64,000 bases of DNA, taken from Tubiluchus corallicola. Lineage: Eukaryota > Animalia > Priapulida. Each line of letters starts with the position of its first letter. Position 1 is the first letter of the stretch. Made by a program: the position numbers and the translations under genes. The notes under the pieces were generated by a model. That model had not been told where the DNA came from and did no database searches. It saw only the letters and a list, made by a program, of their open reading frames with translations. The stretch spans positions 387,582 through 451,581 of the forward strand of contig JAQGDQ010002377.1 of assembly GCA_030141605.1 (NCBI GenBank), in the 5' to 3' direction. This document shows, piece after piece, positions 41,901-51,900 of the stretch.

Positions 41901-44900
41901 GCTTGTTTTAAGCAGTCAGCTCACTTAAAATCACATCTTGCTGTACACAGTGAAGAAAGAAAGTACTCATGTGATATTTGTTATTCTGCTTTTAAAACAT
42001 CTACTGCTCTAAACAGTCATAAAAGAATACATACTGATATAAAGCCTTATATATGTGCTACATGTGGCAATGCTTTCAAAACACCAGACGGATTGAAATC
42101 TCACCAGATTAGTCATATGGATGAACGTCCGTTTGAATGTGATACATGTCATGCTAAATTTAAGCAATCCACAAACTTGAAATATCACATGGTGGTGCAT
42201 TCGGAAGAAAGAAATTATACATGTGATATATGTGACTCTGCTTTTAAAACTATGGCATATCTTACCACACATAAGCGTATTCATACAGAACTGCGTCCAT
42301 ACATTTGTGAATGTGGAAAAGACTTCAAGACACCTGATGGACTGAAATTGCATAAACGTACACACACAGGTGAGAAGCCATACTTCTGCAGTTTATGTGG
42401 TATGAGATTCAGGCAGTCAGGACATCTTAAATGTCACATGCAAACTATACATTCCGATTCTAAGCCATTTAAATGTGACACATGTGATGCATGTTTTAAA
42501 CAGTCAGCAAACTTGCGCAGCCACATGGCCGTACATTCTGATATTCGTCCTTATCCATGTCCTATTTGTGAGGCCACTTTTAAAACATCTACTTCATTAA
42601 GCAGCCATAAACGAATACACAGTGATATTAAACCACACATTTGTGACGTATGTGAAAAAGCATTTAAAACATCAGAAGGACTGAAGTCACACAAACACTC
42701 ACACACAGATGCTAGACCCTTTGAGTGTGATACATGCCATGCCAAATTCAAGCAAGCAGGAAATTTAAAGAGCCACATGGTAGTGCATACTGAAGAACGT
42801 CCATGGACTTGTGATGTTTGTGAAGCCTCCTTTAAAACACAAGCATACCTTCATAGTCACAAACGTATCCACACTGATATAAGGCCTTACATTTGTGAAT
42901 GTGGAAAAGATTTTAAAACACCCGATGCATTAAAACTTCATAAACGTACACATAGTGATGAAAAACCGTACGCTTGTGAAATTTGTCATTCAACATTTAA
43001 GCAGCTTGCCCATGTACGAGTTCACATGGCTACACATTCTGATCTCAAGCCATATAAATGTGACACTTGTAGTGCTAGCTTCAAGTTGGCAGCATATTTG
43101 AAAACCCACATGATTGTTCACACTGAAGAAAGACCATGGATATGTGACGTTTGCCAAGCTGCTTTTAAAACGTCTAGTTATCTTAGCTCACATAAGAAAA
43201 TTCACACAGATTTGAGACCATACATTTGTGATCAGTGTGGAAAAGACTTCAAGCTTCCTGATGCCCTGAAACTTCACAAGAGAACACATTCAAATCTAAG
43301 ACCGTTTTCATGTGATGTATGTGGTCAGAAATTTCGGCAAACTGCACATGTTAAAGCACACATGCTTACGCATTCAGATTCAAAACCATTCAAATGTGAT
43401 ACTTGTGATGCTTGTTTTAAACAGTCCGGGAATTTGAAATCTCATATGACAGTACATTCTGATGTTCGGGCTTACTGTTGCCCCATATGCGGAACAGCTT
43501 TTAAAACAACCACATCATTAAACAGTCACAAACGGGTTCACAGTGACATTAAGCCTCATATCTGCTCCACTTGTGGCAAAGCTTTTAAAACTAGAGAAGG
43601 GCTAAAGTCACACAAATACACACACACAGATGAACGTCCATTTGCATGTGATACATGCAGTATGAGTTTTAAGCAATCCTCCAATTTAAAAAGTCACATG
43701 ATTGTGCATACTGATGTAAGACCACACGTTTGTGATATATGTCAGGCAGCTTTTAAAACAGTTAGTTACCTCACTAGTCATAAACGAATTCACACAGATT
43801 TGAGACCATATAACTGCGAAATATGTGGAAAAGATTTCAAGTTACCAGATGGATTGAAACTCCATAAACGAATACACACCAATGAAAAACCTTTCTCGTG
43901 TGATACATGTCAAGCTGCCTTCAAGCAGTCTGCTCATCTCAAAGTTCATATGACAGTTCATACAGACGAGAGAAATCACATTTGTGATATATGTGAATCA
44001 GCTTTTAAAACTGCATCATACCTAGCCATTCATAAAAAAACACACAGTGATGTAAGACCTCATATCTGTGATATCTGTGGCAAGGGATTCAAGTTTACAG
44101 ATGGGCTGAAAGCTCATAAAAAGACTCATACATCTGAGAAGCCATACCAATGTGAGATATGTTTTAGACGATTTCGACAAGGAGGACATTTAAAAATACA
44201 TCTTCTTACACATTCTGACTCAAAACCTTTTAAATGTGACACATGTGATGCATGTTTTAAACAGTCTGGCCATTTAAAGGTTCACATGTCAGTACATTCA
44301 GATGAAAGACCTTTCCCTTGTGCAGTGTGTGGTGCTGCATTCAAAACATCAACATCTCTGAGCACCCATAAACGTATTCACACTGACCTGAGACCCTATT
44401 CCTGTGACTTGTGTGACAAAGCATTCAAGTTTTCCACAGGCTTGAGAGCTCATAAAAAAACTCACACAGGAGAAAAGCCATATAGCTGCAAGATTTGCGG
44501 TGCTCGATTCAGACAAATTGGTCATGTGAAGGTACATATGACAACTCACTCAGACCTGAAGCCATATAGCTGTGACACATGTAACGCTTCTTTTAAATTA
44601 GCAAGTTACTTGAGAAGCCATATGGTTGTCCATTCTGAAGAAAGAAAATGGACTTGTGACGTTTGTCAAGCATCATTTAAGACAAATACCTACCTTAATT
44701 CGCATAAGAAGATACATACAGATTTACGGCCACACATTTGTGATATATGTTCCAAAGATTTCAAGCTGCCGGAAGCACTGCGCTTACATAAAAGAACACA
44801 CACTGACATTCGACCTTATTCATGCGAGCTGTGCAATGCAAAGTTTCGCCAAACAGGACATCTCAAGTGTCACATGCAGACAAGGCATTCAGATTTGAAA

Positions 44901-47900
44901 CCATTTAAATGTGATACCTGTTCTGCATGCTTTAAACAACCTGCAAATTTAAGAACTCACATGCTAGTGCACACTGATGAAAGACCACATCAATGTCAGA
45001 TATGTGGTGCTGCTTTCAAGACAACTACTGCTCTTAATTCTCACAAACAGGTGCACAGCGATGTACGCCCATTCATTTGTGCAAGATGTGGTAAGTCATT
45101 CAAAACCCGTAATGGGCTGAAATCACATAAAATCACTCACACTGATTCTAAGCCCTTTGAGTGTGATACATGCAGTGCCTGTTTCCGACAATCAGCACAT
45201 TTGAAGGTTCACATGACTGTTCATTCTGACTACAGAGGATATCCTTGTACAGTATGTGGTGCTGCTTTCAAAACAGGTACTTCTTTGAAAAGTCACAGTC
45301 GTATACATACTGACATCAAGCCCTTTATATGTGATGTGTGTAACAGAGCATTTAAGTCAAAAGATGGGTTAAAACATCACAAGATAACTCATTCTAATGA
45401 AAGACCATTTGCATGTCTACAATGCAGTGCTAAGTTTAAACAAGCCACTTATTTGAAAAACCATCAGTTAGTTCATTCAGATGTAAAACCATTTCAATGC
45501 CAAGTGTGCTCAGCTGCTTTTAAGCTGCCGGCTTATCTTAGGTCACACATGATGATTCACGGAGATTTAAAACCGTACCAGTGTCAGATATGCAATAAGC
45601 AATTCAGACATTGGAGCACGCTGAAGATCCATACAAGAACACACACAAATGAACGGCCTTATGAATGTGAGACCTGCCATAAGATGTTCTCACAAAATGG
45701 TCATCTAAAGTTGCACATGATGATTCACTCGGGCGAAAAGCCTTACTCGTGTACCGTGTGTAATAGGCGTTTTCGACAACATAGACACTTATTAACGCAC
45801 AAAGTAAAACATGTAACTGATCGACCATACCAATGTAATAGTTGCCAATCTGCTTTTAAAACACATACTTCATTGCAGTCTCATAAACGAATTCACACTG
45901 GTGAAAAACCGTATGAGTGCACCACGTGTTGCACAAGTTTTAGACAGCTGAGTCACTTAAGGAGGCATCAACAATGCCACAGAAACCCGGCTTCAAGGTT
46001 GAAACCATTTAAATGCACTTCTTGTCCAAAAGCATTTAGAAAGGCCACACATCTCCGAGCACATGAAATTGTCCATACTGATAGTAAGCCTTTCAAGTGC
46101 CCAATCTGTGATGCAGAATTCCGTCACGGACGTTCGCGTAAAACACATATGAAATGTCACCAGCCTACACTCATGCATCAGTGTGATGTGTGCTTACAAA
46201 GCTTTAGTGAAGAGGAAGAACTAAGATCACATTCTGAAAGTCATGTACAAGAAAGTGCATATACATGTGAACAATGTGGCGAAAAGTTTAAGAGAGCATC
46301 GCTTTTGTCAGCTCATACTGCATTACATGAGAGAGAGAAATTATCTGCTGATGGCTACATTGAATTTGATAGACCGTATCCTTGTTCACAGTGTAGTGCA
46401 CAATATGAATCAAAACAAGGATTAGCAAAACATATGCTTGTTAGACATGCAACACTTGAAGACCTGCGTTGCAACTTGTGCCACAACACATTTACCTCAT
46501 TGCAGTTACTACGTGAACATATGAGAACTCACAAAGAAAAAGAACACATGTGCAATGTATGCAACAACACTTATACCTCAAAACATTTATTACGTATACA
46601 TATGAAAATTCACAAACATACTAGTAAAGAACATGTTTGTAATGTGTGTGGGAAAGTTTTTAAAAATGCTAGTAGCCTTTGTCATCATAGAGAAATTCAT
46701 GTTGAAGGCAGACCTCATGTGTGCACAAAATGCAATGCGTCTTTCAAAACAAAGAAAACTCTTTGGGCACACAGTAGGATTCATACAAGGGAAAAAGTGT
46801 TTTCTTGTAATAAATGCGGTGAAAAGTTTTCAGTAAAGGAACAGCTACTGCAACATAAGCAAAGTGCTCATTCAGTTGGTAAGACTAAGAAATGCTCTAC
46901 TGCCAGTAAGAATTATGACTGCGAACAATGTGCTGCCAGTTTCAAGTTCCTGACACTTTTAAAACAACACAAAGAGGCCCACAAAACTGCCATATGTGAC
47001 AAAACACAACTTGTGAAAGGAACTGCCAGCAAACCACGAAAGACACACAAGTGTCCCGAGTGCAACAAATTGTTTACTCATTCGTGGAATTTGAAAAATC
47101 ACCTGTATTCTCATCGTGCAAAACCCGTTTACAAATGTAATCTTTGTCCAAGTACATTCAGTAGGGAAGCACATTTAGTTAGGCACATAGCATGCCATAA
47201 AGGAAAAGAATTGTCAGTAAGTGTCAAAGTGCAAAGAATTCCTCATTTGCAAGAACAGCGCAATATGTCACAGACAGTTAATGATGCCCCAATACCAACT
47301 CCTGAATTCAATTATTTGCATAACACAAACGAAATAGTTTTAGACAAAATTCCTATTAAGCAAGAACCCCTAGATTACTCCCTTGTGGAGGATGATACCT
47401 CCAGCCCTGTGCATGAAGAAGGTAGTAATGTAGATGATGCTAACTTCTGTATTGAAGAATGTAACATAGAAGAGTTTTACCTTTCACCATATTTGGGTGA
47501 AAGCAACAAAGAGACAGTAGGTGAAGGCTGTTCTGCTATCACCATTAAGAAGGAAATGTCGCACTTCTTGTAAGTGGCTAATGAAAACTTTTATATTTAC
47601 AAAATTGTCTGCAAAACTCACTTATACTTATACTGCACAGTGTAGTGTACTATATTGCTAATTTTGTTTAATTGTTTGAACCTTGCACCACTTCTTTATT
47701 AAAATGTAGCGTAATTTATCCATATTTGTTGCACAAGTTATGGAAGCATGTTAAGACTATCGTATAACTCATGATAAGCTTTGGGTAAACCTTTGTAAAA
47801 TGAGTTACTTGCTGCAGATGTTTTGTCACATTTTGAATACAAAGATATTTATGGTTTCTTGCAGCAAAAATGTAAGTCATGTATCTATAAGATAAAAGTT

Positions 47901-48803
47901 GCTGGAGCTACATGTACTGCTTTTCGTTTGCTAGCAATTGGGTATTCCCAGCTCTAGTTCTGCTCAAGTGATATATAACGGGCTTCATGAAGCCAAGTGA
48001 CCTGAATGATAAAGTCCTTGCTGCTTCAACCTCAGAAAGCATTGATGAGATAGTCTCCAAAAATCATCACATTAGTGTATTGTTTTACTCAGTATTAGTA
48101 ATAGAGTTAGTGTCACTAACACTGTGTGTAATTTCAATATTATGTGTAAATTCAATCTGATGTGTTGTCTGTGTAAATCCAAGGTTAGTCGTTATGGTGC
48201 ATGCACATTTGCTCTTCCAAACTATAAGTATTATTCAATTCACTTTTTTTTATGTTTTACATCTCGTATTGCTTCGATTTCCTAAAGAAAGGTTCATGGA
48301 TGCGTGTATATTTGTCAGCTAAAGTTGCCTTAAGAGTTGATAAAATATGAATGAAATTATTGTAGGGTTATGTTATTGCTAGTATGTTAGTACCATTTAC
48401 TCGATGTGACTTGATATTGTCAAGCATTAGTGCCATTTATTTAATGTGCAAGCTGCACAAATAGTATTGCTCGTAGATGTACTTGTAACTTTGTCAGTTA
48501 TTCATGTTGTGAACTAGAAAAATTATGTTATTGAACATGTAAATAATTTTAATGTACTTAGAAGTATGATTGTAAAATGAGATGTATAGAACATGTTGGA
48601 AACCTAAGCACGAAAGATGTTCGCTGTTCTCTGACATAATTTAAGTGTGCACTGTGTCTGATGTGCATGTGCTTTTAATTTGCTAAGTAAACTTACAATG
48701 TATATGATGATGTATATTAAATCAAATCCCAGGAAACCGACCCTAAAAACTTTTGTACACATAAAAATAAATGCTGATTAACTTAAATACATTAACAGTA
48801 CTA

Positions 48804-48841
<38 letters not shown>

Positions 48842-48845
48842 CATC

Positions 48846-48901
<56 letters not shown>

Positions 48902-51900
48902 TACCATTACCTTCATGTGTTTAGTTCAAAAAGTGAGTTTGAGTATGTCGAATACATTTATCATATATCGTATTCACGTAGAAAAGTTTTGTCTTATTTT
49001 GACTGGTTTGTAGTTTGTGTTTTAGTATTAACACCAAGTGTAATATACACTCACACATTTTATTATGTTAACAAACTAATTAATAAACACCACAGTAATC
49101 ACAATGTTTTCTTTGGCGTTTTTTTATGTAAAGCTTAAGTCTTATTACTGCTTTTCTTCAGAAATTGTGTTATCATACATAAATTACTTGTGGTTCACAA
49201 GTTAAGAATATTTTTGATATTTTTGCATTAAAGTGCAAACTTGCCAAAAGCATGACTTTAAACGTGGCAAACACAAGGTAATACGAAGATACTATCAATT
49301 AATGGCAAAGCCTAAATGTGCCAGCCCAGAACCTTGTTCATCTTCATAAATGATCCTGTAAGATGAGACACTGAACTACGTTGAGGGCTCAATGCTTCTA
49401 GATACTTATATATTCCGAAAAGAAGGTAAACAACTTAGGGCAGTTTGTCAGATAAAGCTGCCTGTAAGCAGTTTTCCTGTTAGTCACTTATCCTTTTACT
49501 AGCCAAGCTCACTATTATTTAACCTTAGGCACTCATCTATCACCGTGTTTGGATAAAATAAACTTAAACTCAATAATTCTCATATGAATCTTAGAATAAA
49601 ACAGCAGTATCAAGATGGTAATGTAAAACTTCATCACAAATGCTTTATTTCTGTAATGACAGTGTTTTGGCAGCCATTGCGCAATATAATTACCTCATTG
49701 TTATCCTCTTCACTGGACCTCTGTCGCTCCGTTTTCTGAGCTGATTTCCAGATCAGTTGAGGATGGTTGCACAGTTTCTTGAGTGTTGCTATACATGCTA
49801 GATGCACTCTGCCATCAGCTATTACAAAATTAATAAATTCAGTGCAAATTAATCTGCATCAAGTTAAAAAGATGATTATGTAATTTAGCATTACTACAGC
49901 ATTATTATTTTTTTATAATTTTAACTGCAAGATTATTATTAATGATGGACAGAATAAGTATTAACTTTTTTAAACCAACCTAGTGAAGAAGGAAAAGTTT
50001 AACAGTAACAGGTCAAATGTCATGACCAATAGACCACACAGCACCTTGTGATCAAGGCAGATCTTAATTAAATCTTAATAGATTACCAATTAATGCAGCA
50101 TATCTAAGTTTCACTCAAACAAAGTTTCACTTAATTACTAACTGATTAGATTAATGTTTTTATAATTTATTTACAGCCTAGATTAATCCAAGTGCAACTG
50201 TTTAACCCCTGTGTAATATTATGATTAATTATTTATAAACTTGATTGTAAGATTATTATTATAATCATAGAACAACAATCAACATTTTTCTTTAATTTGA
50301 TTTATAGGTGGAAAATTAGGTAGTGTTTTGATAAATTAACACTTTTTCAATGCTAAGCTATACAAAATACAAGTATAGAGAGTCAATTTCCTCATAAAGT
50401 TGCAAAATGCACAACAGTGTTATTTAAAATGTTTTTAATTTAAAAATAAATTGCCTGTGCACACTGACACACAAATTCTTCTGTTTGTTGGGTATTACCT
50501 AACTAATTATAACGCAGCTATAGCTAAATCATGTAGCATTTTTTACACATGCGATACACCAATACACTCAAAAGAACATTAATTTAGATCGACATATAAA
50601 GAAAAACATAATTAAATTTAAATCAAGAATTTACCTGTGTTGTAGTCATCCAAGTATTGTTTTAAAAGTTGTGAATGAAGGATGGCTTCATATACTTTCA
50701 CTTGGAATGATGACGGCTGACAAAATATTACCATTTCCACTAAAACCATACCATTAATTTTTACCATTATTTATAAAATAACTTATTTATGATTGATGAA
50801 ACACATATGTGGTTTTAAGAAGTTTTTTTTACAAAAAGCACAAAACACAAAAAGTTATTGCAGCACAATTAAACAAATACCTGAAGTTAATGAATTTTCT
50901 TAAAAATTAGATTAGTAGCTAAAATTTCAAGGTAAACGGTAAAAATTAAAGTTAACATTGCATGATTCAATATATACATTACACGAATGTCTCCTCAATT
51001 TCTAGTGATAAACGTAATGTTATTTCAGTTCTTTTACTGTATGGAAAAAATAGTTATTTTTGATGCTGATAATGGAGCATCGTAGATGATAATTTCCTAC
51101 CTTTTGATGGTAAATATGCATTATTAACGCTCTGAGTGCGACGTAAAACAAACATTTGTGCTAGCCTCGCTAAGTCATTTTCCCGAGCTTTTCCAAATTC
51201 AACATGTTCCTTGGAAGCTTCTGGCTGCTTGGACAGTAAAATTGGATTTTCCCAGAACTTCTTGAATGTGACACATAAACCTGACAAAACATGACTACAA
51301 TATAATGTATGGGGTTTGCCTGCAATTCCTGAGCCCCAGTAAGCCCCCCCCCCCCCACTAAAAATACATCAAAGGAAAATGTGTAGGTAAGCAAGAGACT
51401 TGAATAGTGATCTCATTAATACAGAGCATTAACAAATTAGCCAAAACTAATAACCTAAAATTGAAGAATAGGCATGCATAAAATATCAAAACACTTTGTC
51501 ACCATTAAACACAAGCTATTTCATGTTTGTACATTCATTGACTGATTTATCTATCATTTATTTCGCTTGTTTTAATGTTAGTATGGGGTTTTGTAGTCTA
51601 TGATGCCCTGGTGTGTGAACCCAGTTAGTCTATATGTAAGTATGGCACTGGCCCAGACACATACGATTAATGTATTGTGAAATTATAACAAAGTACTTTT
51701 ATATTTTAGGATTATATAAAAATTATCATTTCACTGCTAGAATCATTGATTATGTTTTAGTATTTAGGTAAATAAAGACACAGGGACCCCTATTTATTTT
51801 AGTTTCTAATTATTATGGGAGCAGTCACTCACTGTTGGTCTGAATAGTTAACCGAAGATATGACACTGGATCCAAAGGCTATGGACCACAGAAATAGAGA

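Noticed and set aside
36143-47174. Numerous short alternative-frame and antisense ORFs within the ZNF CDS
   Set aside because: They are by-products of the repetitive codon structure and show no recognisable protein motifs.
35763-47573. Giant ZNF as PRDM9 or a KRAB/ZAD-ZNF
   Set aside because: No PR/SET, SSXRD, KRAB or ZAD motif is visible, an in-frame stop precedes the ATG, and the fingers are divergent at the DNA level, unlike PRDM9 arrays.
48771-49138. IYIYIY-rich ORFs
   Set aside because: These are translations of a (TA)n microsatellite.
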